From the IMG/VR virus record IMGVR_UViG_3300042900_000549, positions 1 through 64,000 of that record: a stretch of 64,000 bases of DNA. One strand, given 5' to 3'. How positions within the stretch are numbered: position 1 is the first letter of the stretch; each line of letters starts with the position of its first letter. The position numbers were made by a program, and so were the translations under genes. The DNA comes from a virus. Under the pieces are notes generated by a model. That model did not search any database. It was not told where the DNA came from and saw nothing but the letters and a program-made list of their open reading frames with translations. Shown in pieces: positions 20,271 through 30,213 of the stretch.

Positions 20271-20699
20271 ATGAATTTACTTGCAAAGTATCAAACTGAC
20301 AATGTTGAAAAATTTTTAAGAGATGTTGACAGGTATTCAATTGGTATGGACGAATGGTTTCATAGAATGGGAAGCTTGCATCAAACTGAATCAAATTATC
20401 CACCGTACAATTTAGTTAAAGAAAATAACATTACTTTTAGATTGGAAGTTGCTCTCGCAGGATTTAAAAAAGAAGAAATTTTTGTAACTACCGAATCAGG
20501 TAAACTCTTCGTTGAAGGGCAAACTGAAAAGGAAGATGTTGAATATGTACATCAGGGATTGGCAAAAAGGGCATTCACCCGATCTTGGACTTTATCAGAC
20601 GATGTAGAAGTCTGTAATGTAGTTTTTGAGGATGGATTATTGACTATTGAGTTGAAACGAATTATTCCGGAACATCAGCAAAAGAAAGTTTGGTTTTAA
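20271..20699 (+). CDS. hsp20: Small heat-shock protein Hsp20
   Basis: NYPPYNL, LEVALAGF, RAFTRSWTL, FEDGLLTIEL. Confidence 0.95.
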   Translation: MNLLAKYQTDNVEKFLRDVDRYSIGMDEWFHRMGSLHQTESNYPPYNLVKENNITFRLEVALAGFKKEEIFVTTESGKLFVEGQTEKEDVEYVHQGLAKRAFTRSWTLSDDVEVCNVVFEDGLLTIELKRIIPEHQQKKVWF

Positions 20700-20724
20700 A
20701 TAGTATTTAATATCATTATCGCTA

Positions 20725-20777
20725 GAGGGGTGAACTGGCAAAATTCAGTTGACATCCCTCTTTTTTTATGTTAAAGT
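20725..20777 (+). terminator. Terminator hairpin with embedded sigma70 promoter
   Basis: GAGGGGTG-AACTG...CAGTT-GA-CATCCCTC-T7; TTGACA (20749) 17 nt TAAAGT (20772). Confidence 0.65.
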
Positions 20778-20798
20778 GCATACACGTATGAGAGTATT

Positions 20799-21155
20799 AT
20801 GACTGTAAAACTTGTAATCTTCAAATCTGGAGAAAATATAATTTCAGATGTTAAAGAAGGTTTTTATGGAGAAAAACTTGCTTGCTATATTCTAGAAAAT
20901 CCATGCAAAGTGTTTGTCAATGGATCTTATAAAGTAATTGATGATGATCAAGATGCTGGAAATATGGTAAGTATTTCATTGCATCAATGGCCTTCACTGT
21001 CTAAAGATACAACAATAGAAATTGTTCCTGAGTGGATTGTTACTCTTGTGGAACCAAATTCTCAACTTAAAGAAATGTATGAAACTCAGGTATTAGAAAA
21101 TGGAAACGAAATTGATAGTATTACAGAACAACTTGATGTTAGTAACACAGATTGA
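20799..21155 (+). CDS. Conserved cyanophage hypothetical protein
   Basis: MTVKLVIFKSGENIISDVKE; usual gene upstream of g43. Confidence 0.7.
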   Translation: MTVKLVIFKSGENIISDVKEGFYGEKLACYILENPCKVFVNGSYKVIDDDQDAGNMVSISLHQWPSLSKDTTIEIVPEWIVTLVEPNSQLKEMYETQVLENGNEIDSITEQLDVSNTD

Positions 21156-21351
21156 GGAAGTTGGTGTAGATATTGGTGAACCCGATTGTAAGTTAATTAA
21201 ACCATTTGTCCTTCATAAAGATGAAACATTGTCTCCTTGGTTAATTGATGTTACTAGTGAAACTACTTTTATGATTAGTTCCGAAAAGATACTAACTCTT
21301 ACTAATCCAAAACCAACTCTTCTTGAAAAATATCAAAATCTTACTAAATAA
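21100..21351 (+). CDS. Conserved cyanophage hypothetical protein
   Basis: DIGEPDCKLIKPF motif; stop overlaps g43 start. Confidence 0.7.
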   Translation: METKLIVLQNNLMLVTQIEEVGVDIGEPDCKLIKPFVLHKDETLSPWLIDVTSETTFMISSEKILTLTNPKPTLLEKYQNLTK

Positions 21352-23849
21352 TGCGCTTTTACACAAACGTACAAATGATCGGGAATAAGTTTCTCGTTCG
21401 CGGTTATGATAATGGTGAACACGTTATGTTTAAAGAAGAGTATTCACCTACTCTTTTTGTAAAATCAAAAAATGAATCAAAATACAAAACTCTAGAAGGA
21501 GAATATGTAGAACCAATTCAACCTGGTTCAGTGAAAGATTGTCGTGAATTTTATAAAAAGTATGACGGTATAGAAAATTTTAAGATTTATGGAAATGAAC
21601 GATATGTGTACCAGTACATATCAGACAAATATCCAGAAGATGAAATTAAGTTTGATACTACTAAAATTAAATTGGTGACTCTTGATATTGAAACCACTTC
21701 AGAAAATGGATTTCCTGATCCAAAAGAGTGTGTTGAAGAAATACTATTAATTACAATTCAAGATTACACCACTAAGCAGATTATTACTTGGGGAACAAGA
21801 TCTTTTAATAATACTCAAAAGAATGTAAAGTATATTGAATGTGAATCTGAATATGCTCTTCTTAATTCATTTCTTCATTATTGGGAAAATAATACTCCAG
21901 AGGTAGTAACTGGGTGGAACATTGAATTTTTTGATATTCCTTATATTTGCGGAAGATTGAATAGAGTTCTTGGTGATAAGAGAGCAAAATGTTTTTCTCC
22001 TTGGGGACTAGTTTCTCAAAATGAAGTGTGGGTAAATAATCGTCAACAGATTTGTTATGATATTAAGGGAATATCTCAACTAGATTATTTAAAACTTTAT
22101 AAGTGGTCTCCAGCAACTTCTAATCAGGAATCGTATCGTCTAGATCATATTGCAAGCGTAGAACTGGGGCAGAAAAAATTAGATCACTCCGAGTTTGATA
22201 CTTTCAAGGACTTTTATACCAGGGGGTGGCAAAAGTTTGTAGAATATAATATTGTTGACGTAGAACTTGTTGACCGTTTGGAAGACAAGATGAAACTGAT
22301 TGAACTTGCTCTTACGATGGCATATGATGGTAAAGTGAACTATGAGGATGTGTTTTCACAGGTTAGAATGTGGGACACTATTATCTACAATTACTTGAAG
22401 AAGAGAAATACGGTTATTCCACCAAAAGAAAAAACTGATAAAAATGAGAAGTATGCTGGTGCTTATGTAAAAGAACCTGTTCCGGGTGTTTATGATTGGG
22501 TTGTTAATTTCGATTTAAACAGTCTATATCCACATTTAATTATGCAATTCAATCTGAGTCCAGAAACTCTTGTTGATGAAAGGCACCCTACTGTAACTGT
22601 AGATAAGATTCTTAATCAAGAACTTACTTTTGAGAAGTATGGTGATTATGCAGTGTGCCCTAATGGTGCTATGTATCGCAAGGATATCCGTGGATTTCTT
22701 CCGGAACTAATGGAAAAAATGTACAATGATCGTGTCATTTTTAAGGAAAAAATGATTGATGCAAAAAAACAGTATGAGAAGAAAAAAACAAAAGAATTGG
22801 AGAAGGAAATTTCCAGATGCAATAACATTCAAATGGCAAAAAAGATCTCTCTTAACTCTGCTTATGGAGCCATTGGAAATGAATGGTTCAGGTACTTTAA
22901 ATTAGCAAATGCTGAAGCAATTACTTTGTCTGGACAAGTTGCAATTCGTTGGATTGAGAGTAAAATGAATATATATTTCAATAAACTACTCAAAACTGAG
23001 GATGTGGATTATGTTATTGCTTCTGACACTGACTCCATTTATCTTCATATGGGTCCTCTGGTTGAAACTATATACAAAGGACGAGAGAAAACTACTGAAA
23101 GCGTTGTTTCGTTCCTTGATAAGATCTGTCAAGTGGAACTTGAAAAGTATATTGAAGGTTGCTACCAAGAACTGGCGGAGTATATGAATGCATATGACCA
23201 GAAAATGCAGATGAAGCGGGAGAATATTGCTGACCGTGGAATTTGGACTGCCAAGAAACGCTATATTATGAACGTTTGGGATAGTGAGGGTGTTCGCTAT
23301 ACTGAACCAAAACTTAAAATTATGGGTATTGAAGCAATTAAATCTTCAACTCCAGCACCTTGCCGTCAGATGATTAAAAATGCTTTAAAACTAATGATGA
23401 ATGGAACCGAAACTGATATTATAAATTTCATTGAAAAATGCAGAGTTGACTTTTACAAATTATCTCCAGAAGAAATTTCATTTCCTCGATCAGTTTCTGA
23501 TGTAATAAAATATAAATGTTCAAACGGCATTTATGGTAAAGGAACTCCAATTAATGTTCGTGGGGCATTGCTTTTCAATCATCATATTAAAGAAAAAAAA
23601 TTAACAAACAAATATTCTTTGATACAAAATGGAGAGAAAATTAAATATTGTTACTTAAAAAAACCAAATCCAATCTATGAAAATGTTATATCATTCATTC
23701 AAGATTTTCCTAAAGAATTGGGTCTAAATTCTTATATTGATTATGATACTCAATTTGAAAAAGGATTTCTTGAACCACTCAAAGTAATTTTAAATGCTAT
23801 CGGGTGGGATGATGAGAAAAAAGTTACACTTGATTCTTTCTTCTCTTAG
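21351..23849 (+). CDS. g43: Family B DNA polymerase gp43
   Basis: Exo DIET; pol motifs FDLNSLYPH, KISLNSAYGAIGN, SDTDS; no intein visible. Confidence 0.98.
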   Translation: MRFYTNVQMIGNKFLVRGYDNGEHVMFKEEYSPTLFVKSKNESKYKTLEGEYVEPIQPGSVKDCREFYKKYDGIENFKIYGNERYVYQYISDKYPEDEIKFDTTKIKLVTLDIETTSENGFPDPKECVEEILLITIQDYTTKQIITWGTRSFNNTQKNVKYIECESEYALLNSFLHYWENNTPEVVTGWNIEFFDIPYICGRLNRVLGDKRAKCFSPWGLVSQNEVWVNNRQQICYDIKGISQLDYLKLYKWSPATSNQESYRLDHIASVELGQKKLDHSEFDTFKDFYTRGWQKFVEYNIVDVELVDRLEDKMKLIELALTMAYDGKVNYEDVFSQVRMWDTIIYNYLKKRNTVIPPKEKTDKNEKYAGAYVKEPVPGVYDWVVNFDLNSLYPHLIMQFNLSPETLVDERHPTVTVDKILNQELTFEKYGDYAVCPNGAMYRKDIRGFLPELMEKMYNDRVIFKEKMIDAKKQYEKKKTKELEKEISRCNNIQMAKKISLNSAYGAIGNEWFRYFKLANAEAITLSGQVAIRWIESKMNIYFNKLLKTEDVDYVIASDTDSIYLHMGPLVETIYKGREKTTESVVSFLDKICQVELEKYIEGCYQELAEYMNAYDQKMQMKRENIADRGIWTAKKRYIMNVWDSEGVRYTEPKLKIMGIEAIKSSTPAPCRQMIKNALKLMMNGTETDIINFIEKCRVDFYKLSPEEISFPRSVSDVIKYKCSNGIYGKGTPINVRGALLFNHHIKEKKLTNKYSLIQNGEKIKYCYLKKPNPIYENVISFIQDFPKELGLNSYIDYDTQFEKGFLEPLKVILNAIGWDDEKKVTLDSFFS

Positions 23850-23856
23850 TGATAGA

Positions 23857-23979
23857 ATGAATCTACCTATTTCAGAAAAAGAACTCAAGTATATACTTGA
23901 AAGGGTAAAAGAAAATCGAAAACTTTATAATAAATTATGGAGTTTTTGGATTGAATACACACATCAAAATAGCAAATAA
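23857..23979 (+). CDS. Small hypothetical protein
   Basis: MNLPISEKELKYILER...LYNKLW; fills the g43-uvsX gap. Confidence 0.5.
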   Translation: MNLPISEKELKYILERVKENRKLYNKLWSFWIEYTHQNSK

Positions 23980-23981
23980 AT

Positions 23982-24983
23982 ATGGACTTTCTTAAAGATA
24001 TTGTAAAAGAAATTGGTGGAGAATACACCCAACTTGCTTCGGATATTGATGAAACTGAAACTTATGTGGATACGGGTTCGTACGTTTTTAACGCTCTTGT
24101 ATCTGGTAGTATATTTGGTGGTGTATCTGGGAATAAGATTACTGCAATCGCTGGAGAAACTTCTACTGGAAAAACTTTCTTCAGTCTTGCCGTCGTTAAA
24201 AATTTCCTTGATAATAATCCTACTGGATATTGTCTGTATTTTGATACTGAAGCAGCAGTCACAAAGTCCCTTCTGGAAAGTAGGGGAGTTGACACAAATC
24301 GTTTGGTGGTTGTCAATGTAGTTACGGTAGAAGAATTCCGCACAAAAGCACTTAAGGCAGTTGATATTTACCTAAAGAAAAAAGAGGATGAAAGAAATCC
24401 TTGTATTTTGGTATTGGACTCTCTGGGAATGCTTTCAACGAATAAAGAGATTAATGATGCCTTGGCTGAGAAAGATACGCGGGATATGACTAAGGCACAA
24501 CTTATCAAAGGTGCCTTTCGTATGCTGACTCTCAAATTGGGACAGGCAAAGATTCCTATGCTAGTTACAAATCACACATATGATAGTATGAGTCTTTATG
24601 GTGGAAAGCAAATGTCGGGTGGTTCTGGACTACAATATGCAGCGTCTACAATCATCTATCTTTCTAAGTCAAAGGAGAAAGATGGAACCGAAGTAATTGG
24701 AAACATTATCAAGGCAAAGACTCACAAATCACGTTTAAGTAAGGAAAATCAACAAGTAGAAATTCGTCTATTCTATGATTCACGGGGTCTTGACCGTCAC
24801 TATGGTCTTCTTGAACTTGGTGAATTGGGTGAACTCTGGAAGAACGTAGCAGGTCGTTATGAGATTGATGGTAAGAAAATCTATGCCAAAGAGATTCTTA
24901 AAAGTCCAGAAAAGTATTTTACTGATGAGGTAATGGAAAAACTTGATGTAATTGCTAAAGGCGAATTTAGTTACGGAGCATAA
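23982..24983 (+). CDS. uvsX: RecA-like recombinase UvsX
   Basis: AGETSTGKT, YFDTE, LDSLGML, VTNHTY, SGGSGLQY. Confidence 0.96.
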   Translation: MDFLKDIVKEIGGEYTQLASDIDETETYVDTGSYVFNALVSGSIFGGVSGNKITAIAGETSTGKTFFSLAVVKNFLDNNPTGYCLYFDTEAAVTKSLLESRGVDTNRLVVVNVVTVEEFRTKALKAVDIYLKKKEDERNPCILVLDSLGMLSTNKEINDALAEKDTRDMTKAQLIKGAFRMLTLKLGQAKIPMLVTNHTYDSMSLYGGKQMSGGSGLQYAASTIIYLSKSKEKDGTEVIGNIIKAKTHKSRLSKENQQVEIRLFYDSRGLDRHYGLLELGELGELWKNVAGRYEIDGKKIYAKEILKSPEKYFTDEVMEKLDVIAKGEFSYGA

Positions 24984-24989
24984 AATTAA

Positions 24990-26375
24990 ATGGAGAAAAT
25001 TGAGTTTCTAATTTTGAGAAACCTATTATATAATGAAGATTATACTAGGAAAGTATTACCGTTTATTAAAGCAGATTATTTCCAAGATTCTAATCAAAGA
25101 ATTGTATTTGAAGAAATATACTCCTTTATTTCAGAATATAATAAACTCGCTACCAAAGAAGTTCTCTGTATTGAATTAGAAAAAAGAAATGACTTAAATG
25201 AAGAAACCTTTAAAGAAACTCTGAATGTAGTTTTTGCTCTCGAAGATGTTCCTGTTGAGAAGAACTGGGTTGTTGATACTACCGAAAAGTGGTGTCGTGA
25301 TAGGGCAATCTATCTTGCACTTATGGAATCTATTCATATTGCGGATGGTGGTGATGGTAAGAAAAATCGTGATTCAATTCCATCAATTCTTTCCGATGCT
25401 CTTGCAGTAAGTTTTGATAATCACGTTGGACACGATTATCTTCAGGATTATGAAGAACGTTATGAATCTTATAGAAGAAAGGAGGATAAAATTGAATTTG
25501 ATCTTGAGTATTTTAACAAAATCACCAAAGGCGGTCTCCCCAACAAAACTCTTAATATTTGTTTAGCTGGAACAGGAGCTGGAAAAAGTTTGTTTATGTG
25601 TCACGTGGCAGCATCAGTTCTTCTACAAGGTAAAAATGTTCTGTACATTACGCTTGAAATGTCGGAAGAAAAAATTGCTGAAAGAATTGATGCAAATCTC
25701 TTAAATGTCAATATTCAAGATATTGCAGAACTTCCTAAAAGTGTATTTGAATCTAAAGTTAATAGTATTGCTAAAAAAACTCAAGGTACTTTGATCATCA
25801 AAGAGTATCCTACTGCTTCTGCTCACTCTGGTCATTTTAAGGGATTAATTAATGAACTTGCTCTCAAGAAATCATTTAAACCTGATATTATCTTTATTGA
25901 TTATTTGAATATTTGCTCCTCGTCTAGATTTAAAGGTGGGAGTAATATAAATTCCTATACACTAGTTAAGTCTATTGCGGAAGAACTTCGTGGTCTTGCT
26001 GTGGAATTTAATATTCCTATTGTCAGTGCAACACAGACTACCAGATCCGGTTTTGGATCATCTGATGTTGAACTAACGGATACTTCAGAATCTTTCGGTC
26101 TTCCTGCGACTGCTGACCTTATGTTTGCTCTGATTAGTACTGAAGAACTTGAAGAACTTGGGCAAATTATGGTTAAACAACTTAAAAATCGGTATAATGA
26201 CCCAACACTATATAAAAGATTTGTTGTTGGAATAGATAGGGCAAAAATGAGACTTTATGATGTAGAACAAAGTGCTCAGAAAGATATACTTGACTCTGGT
26301 AAAGAAGAAGAGTATAATTACGAAGAAACTAAAAATTCATCACTAAAAGAAAAATTTGGACAATTTAAATACTAA
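24990..26375 (+). CDS. g41: Replicative helicase gp41
   Basis: AGTGAGKS, TLEMSEE, IDYLNI, SATQTTR, SESFGLPATAD, QLKNRY. Confidence 0.97.
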   Translation: MEKIEFLILRNLLYNEDYTRKVLPFIKADYFQDSNQRIVFEEIYSFISEYNKLATKEVLCIELEKRNDLNEETFKETLNVVFALEDVPVEKNWVVDTTEKWCRDRAIYLALMESIHIADGGDGKKNRDSIPSILSDALAVSFDNHVGHDYLQDYEERYESYRRKEDKIEFDLEYFNKITKGGLPNKTLNICLAGTGAGKSLFMCHVAASVLLQGKNVLYITLEMSEEKIAERIDANLLNVNIQDIAELPKSVFESKVNSIAKKTQGTLIIKEYPTASAHSGHFKGLINELALKKSFKPDIIFIDYLNICSSSRFKGGSNINSYTLVKSIAEELRGLAVEFNIPIVSATQTTRSGFGSSDVELTDTSESFGLPATADLMFALISTEELEELGQIMVKQLKNRYNDPTLYKRFVVGIDRAKMRLYDVEQSAQKDILDSGKEEEYNYEETKNSSLKEKFGQFKY

Positions 26376-26376
26376 T

Positions 26377-26790
26377 ATGACACAAGTAATTGATACAAAC
26401 AAATATATTGAATTTGTTCGTCAGACTACAAGTCCTGCAAGCAGTGACTTCGCAGCACTTCTTACACGACTAACAGAGCTTGAGGTATCTGCTAACGCTG
26501 ATGTTCCTCGTCTTATGACTGCTGCTTTTGGTATCAGTGCAGAAGCGGGAGAGTTCACTGAAGTTATTAAAAAAATCTTCTTGCAGGGTAAACCTTATAA
26601 TGAAAATAATGTCTTTCACCTAAAACGAGAATTGGGTGATATTTGTTGGTACATTGCACAAGCATGTATGGCTCTTGATACTACTTTTGAGGAGGTTCTA
26701 CAAATGAACTATGAAAAATTGAGTGCTCGTTACCCAGAAGGAACTTTTGATGTATTTCGAAGTGAAAATCGTGTAGAAGGAGATTTGTGA
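26377..26790 (+). CDS. mazG: MazG nucleotide pyrophosphohydrolase
   Basis: AEAGEFTEVIKK, ELGDICWY, NYEKLSARYP. Confidence 0.93.
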   Translation: MTQVIDTNKYIEFVRQTTSPASSDFAALLTRLTELEVSANADVPRLMTAAFGISAEAGEFTEVIKKIFLQGKPYNENNVFHLKRELGDICWYIAQACMALDTTFEEVLQMNYEKLSARYPEGTFDVFRSENRVEGDL

Positions 26791-26814
26791 AATAAAATGA
26801 TCTAAATATAATGC

Positions 26815-26847
26815 AATAGGATAGTTTTTAAACTGTCCTATTTTTTT
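26815..26847 (+). terminator. Intrinsic terminator after mazG
   Basis: AATAGGATAGTTT/AAACTGTCCTATT plus T run. Confidence 0.75.
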
Positions 26848-26904
26848 ATAGCATAAATTTTCAAAAAAATTAGAACAAATAAATATAATTATATCTAACT
26901 ACAT

Positions 26905-27546
26905 ATGAAAAAGTTCTCTCAATTCATTCAAGAAGCAAATAATACCTTGTCTGAGTTTGTTGACAAGAATAAAAATCTTGCTGTCTTTAATGCAAAAAGA
27001 GTTCGTCTTCCTAGTGGTGGAAGATTAGTTCCCAATGGTCATGGTGATTATCACGATAGTGTAACTGGCGAATTTATTGCAAAATCAAAAGTTACTTCTG
27101 GAGGAACAGTTGCTTTAAAATTTTCCAATCAAAATCAAAGAATTGGAAAAAGAGATCGTGATCAAGATAGATCTAAACTTTCACCACTTGTCCCACCATC
27201 ACACCAAGTTGCAGAAGAGTTTGAAAAACAATTACGAGATAAGTATGTTCGTGGAGAAATATTCAATGAGGGGGATTGGGTGGAAAATCCCAATACTGGT
27301 TTAACTGGAAAGATTATTCGTAGAGGAACAAATTATCTTATCTGTGTTACGGAAGATAATGTGATGTTTAAACCTTGGATTAGAGATGTTGTGGAATGGA
27401 CGAATAAATCTGGAGTTCCCGCAAATCAAAGAGAAGTTGGAACTGACGCTCTACGCAAATATGTTATGTCAGTTTCCGATACTAAGGCAATTGATAATTT
27501 TAGTATTAAAAAATTCATAAATAAGTATAAAGTAAAAAGAACATAA
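26905..27546 (+). CDS. Protein resembling the termini of cyanophage cytidylyltransferase-like proteins, without the NTase core
   Basis: GHGDYHDSVTGEFIAK and TGLTGKIIRRGTNYLICVTED segments; no HxGH nucleotidyltransferase motif. Confidence 0.55.
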   Translation: MKKFSQFIQEANNTLSEFVDKNKNLAVFNAKRVRLPSGGRLVPNGHGDYHDSVTGEFIAKSKVTSGGTVALKFSNQNQRIGKRDRDQDRSKLSPLVPPSHQVAEEFEKQLRDKYVRGEIFNEGDWVENPNTGLTGKIIRRGTNYLICVTEDNVMFKPWIRDVVEWTNKSGVPANQREVGTDALRKYVMSVSDTKAIDNFSIKKFINKYKVKRT

Positions 27547-27550
27547 GAAA

Positions 27551-29608
27551 ATGCTATCTCATATCACGACCGATTTACATCAAGTATATCTTGAAGAAGT
27601 TTTTACTCCTCAATTAGGGAAACCTGGGGCATCTACTCCAGCAAAATCCAAATCTTCTTCAGATATTGATGGTGACGGAGATGTTGACTCTTTTGAGAAA
27701 AAAGTTCGTCAAGTAGTTTATGATGTTCGTCATATAATGAAAGAAAAGAAAGTTCCTGCTGAAAAAGCATTTGAACTGAGAACCTCAAAAACTAACTATG
27801 GTGCAGAAGTAATTAATACCGCGAAAGAAAAACTTGGCATTAGAGGTGGATCAGTAACTTCTGTGTCTGAAGAATCTTCTACAAGAATGGTGAAAGTAAC
27901 TATAAATTATAAAAATGGTACAATTGATAGGAGGAATGTACCTTATGGTGAAATCTCTCAATTAAGAAGTAAACCGACAATTAGTTCTGTTGAAATAAGT
28001 TCAAATAAAGTTTCTTATTCCAATTCTAGCAAAGGATTAGATCCAGTAGGTCAAGAAGACTCTGATATTAATAATGATGGTAAGGTAAATAAAACTGATG
28101 GATACCTTAAAAAAAGGAGAAGTGCAATTGGAGGCGCTATTGCATCAAGAACTTCTAAAAAGAAATTGAAAACTTATGGTGTAAGTGAAGAATTTTCAAA
28201 TTGGAGAGAAGATCTTAAGGAAGTAGTTTCTAATGTTTCTGATGAAATTGCTTCAAGAAAGGAAAAGCAAATAAAAGAAAAACCTGTAAATAATTATAAA
28301 GATAAAATTGTTGTTATTAATCCAACCTTTAGTGAAAAAAATGACATTCTTGGTGGTACAATATTAGAAGCATTTGAACTTAATGAAGACTATCTTAATG
28401 AGGCAGTAGATATTGCTACTGAGTTTTTCTGTAACTGCGGACTAAATGAGAATGGAGTTTATAGTGTTATTGAAGAACTTGGGGAAGAAAAATTCACTGA
28501 ATTTGTTTTTGATCTTGCTGAAGAATATTTCTTAAGTGAATCTAGAACTTTAATTGGAAAGAAAAAATCTCCTGCAACTGGAAAACAATTAGGAATTTCT
28601 AGAAAAGCAGCACCAGGAAAAACAACAAAAGCAGCAGTTGAAAAGGGTGGAACTACTTCTAAAATGCAATCAGCACCTCGCTCCGGAACTATTAAGAAAA
28701 AAGATATTGGAAAAGCAATAGATGCAGATAAAGCAAAACAGGCAGTAGATACCGCAAAAAAAACTCAAGCACCTTCATCCGAAAAATCTAGGCCTGCCGG
28801 ACAAGAAAAAATTCGTCAAACAGCGAAGTCGGCAATTGCAAGAGCAACATCACCCGAAGCAAAAAAAACTGTTGGTAATATCGCAAAAGGTGCTGCCGAT
28901 ACTGTTGCTAGAGTTGGACTTTCTGCTTGGGAAGGTCATAAGAAAGCAATGGAAACTAAAAAGAAAGGTGGATCTGTTGCACAACAACTTGGTTCAGGTG
29001 CTGGAAAGGCATTGAAAAGTTTTTTCACAAGGGGAACTAAACAATTTAAAGAATGGGTTGAGTACTTGATTAGTGAAGGATATGATCTTTCTGATTCGAC
29101 TACTGAAGAACTCTATGAAGAATATGGATACTTATGTGAGAAGGCGGAAAGTGAGCAACAGCAAAAACTTTTTGGACTTGCTCTCTCAGTAAAGCGTGGC
29201 GACACACCAAGATCTGAAGCAAGTGCTGAAGTTATTAAAATTGTTGATACTATGAGTGAAAAGAAAATACGTGATTTTGCATCAACTTCTCATAGTGAAG
29301 TTCCTAAAAAAAAAGTAACTGAAGCGATTTCTAGAGTAAGACCTGGCCGCCGCACGGATACCGAAAGCCGACAGAGGGAGATTATGAAAATACAAACGGA
29401 TAATGCAAGAGAAAAAATTGGTGAAGATATAGATTCTTTTGCAACGGCCAATCCAAATATATCTACATTGAATGTGAGAATTGCTAGATTGAAAGCGTTA
29501 AATGATCCGAATAAGGAAAAACTACTAAAGACGTTAATTACTCAACAACAAAGACTTGAATTGCAGGCATCGACAAAAAAAACTAAGGTATCCGAACCTC
29601 AAACATAA
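27551..29608 (+). CDS. Large low-complexity protein, candidate internal head protein
   Basis: Alternating acidic and Lys/Ala-rich blocks; DIDGDGDVD and DINNDGKVN EF-hand-like loops; AESEQQQKLFGLALSVKRG motif. Confidence 0.7.
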   Translation: MLSHITTDLHQVYLEEVFTPQLGKPGASTPAKSKSSSDIDGDGDVDSFEKKVRQVVYDVRHIMKEKKVPAEKAFELRTSKTNYGAEVINTAKEKLGIRGGSVTSVSEESSTRMVKVTINYKNGTIDRRNVPYGEISQLRSKPTISSVEISSNKVSYSNSSKGLDPVGQEDSDINNDGKVNKTDGYLKKRRSAIGGAIASRTSKKKLKTYGVSEEFSNWREDLKEVVSNVSDEIASRKEKQIKEKPVNNYKDKIVVINPTFSEKNDILGGTILEAFELNEDYLNEAVDIATEFFCNCGLNENGVYSVIEELGEEKFTEFVFDLAEEYFLSESRTLIGKKKSPATGKQLGISRKAAPGKTTKAAVEKGGTTSKMQSAPRSGTIKKKDIGKAIDADKAKQAVDTAKKTQAPSSEKSRPAGQEKIRQTAKSAIARATSPEAKKTVGNIAKGAADTVARVGLSAWEGHKKAMETKKKGGSVAQQLGSGAGKALKSFFTRGTKQFKEWVEYLISEGYDLSDSTTEELYEEYGYLCEKAESEQQQKLFGLALSVKRGDTPRSEASAEVIKIVDTMSEKKIRDFASTSHSEVPKKKVTEAISRVRPGRRTDTESRQREIMKIQTDNAREKIGEDIDSFATANPNISTLNVRIARLKALNDPNKEKLLKTLITQQQRLELQASTKKTKVSEPQT

Positions 29609-29803
29609 AATGTTTTTTATGAACCAGAAGGCGATGTAATTTGTGAAAAAATAAGATAATAAAAATTTACGAACAAAAACTACCCCCCATCTCCGACAGA
29701 TCATAGACTAAGATTTGGAAAATTTGATGAATTGTTAAAATAAGTAAAATCTCTAAATATATTAGGATACAAAATCTCAAACAAATTCATTCGGGAGAAA
29801 ACA

Positions 29804-29986
29804 ATGAAATTCAATGTATTAATTAAACTCGGTGAAAATCTTGTCGAAATGTTCTGGGAGAGTTGCGAAGTTAAAAGATTCGTAGTACGTCTTCTTGAAA
29901 AGTATGCAAAAAGTACCGATAATGATATTGATGATGTTGCGGTGAACTTAGTGAAAACAAAACTTCTCAATAACTGCCCAGAGTGA
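29804..29986 (+). CDS. Small hypothetical protein
   Basis: LLEKYAKSTDNDIDDVAV; GGAG SD upstream. Confidence 0.65.
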   Translation: MKFNVLIKLGENLVEMFWESCEVKRFVVRLLEKYAKSTDNDIDDVAVNLVKTKLLNNCPE

Positions 29987-30156
29987 TGTTGGAGTGTTTT
30001 CTTCTTAACTGGGGAATTGCTCTTATTCTGGCTTTATTATTAGGATTGTCCGAAGCACTAGATGAAATTCCAAGTGTGAAGGCAAATAGTGTTCATAGAT
30101 TAATTAAAAATATTTTAATATCATTAGTCAAAAAAGATAAAACAAAGGAGAAGTGA
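29986..30156 (+). CDS. Small membrane protein (holin-like candidate)
   Basis: Manually read MLECFLLNWGIALILALLLGLSEALDEIPSVKANSVHRLI...; one TM helix, basic C-terminus, ATG overlaps upstream TGA. Confidence 0.5.
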   Translation: MLECFLLNWGIALILALLLGLSEALDEIPSVKANSVHRLIKNILISLVKKDKTKEK

Positions 30157-30172
30157 GAACTTCTCTTTTTTT
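30146..30172 (+). terminator. Intrinsic terminator abutting a late promoter
   Basis: AGGAGAAGT-GAGA-ACTTCTCTT plus T run, followed by TATAAATA. Confidence 0.7.
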
Positions 30173-30213
30173 ATAAATACTCATAGCAAAAAAAATAGTA
30201 AAAGGTAAAAAGA

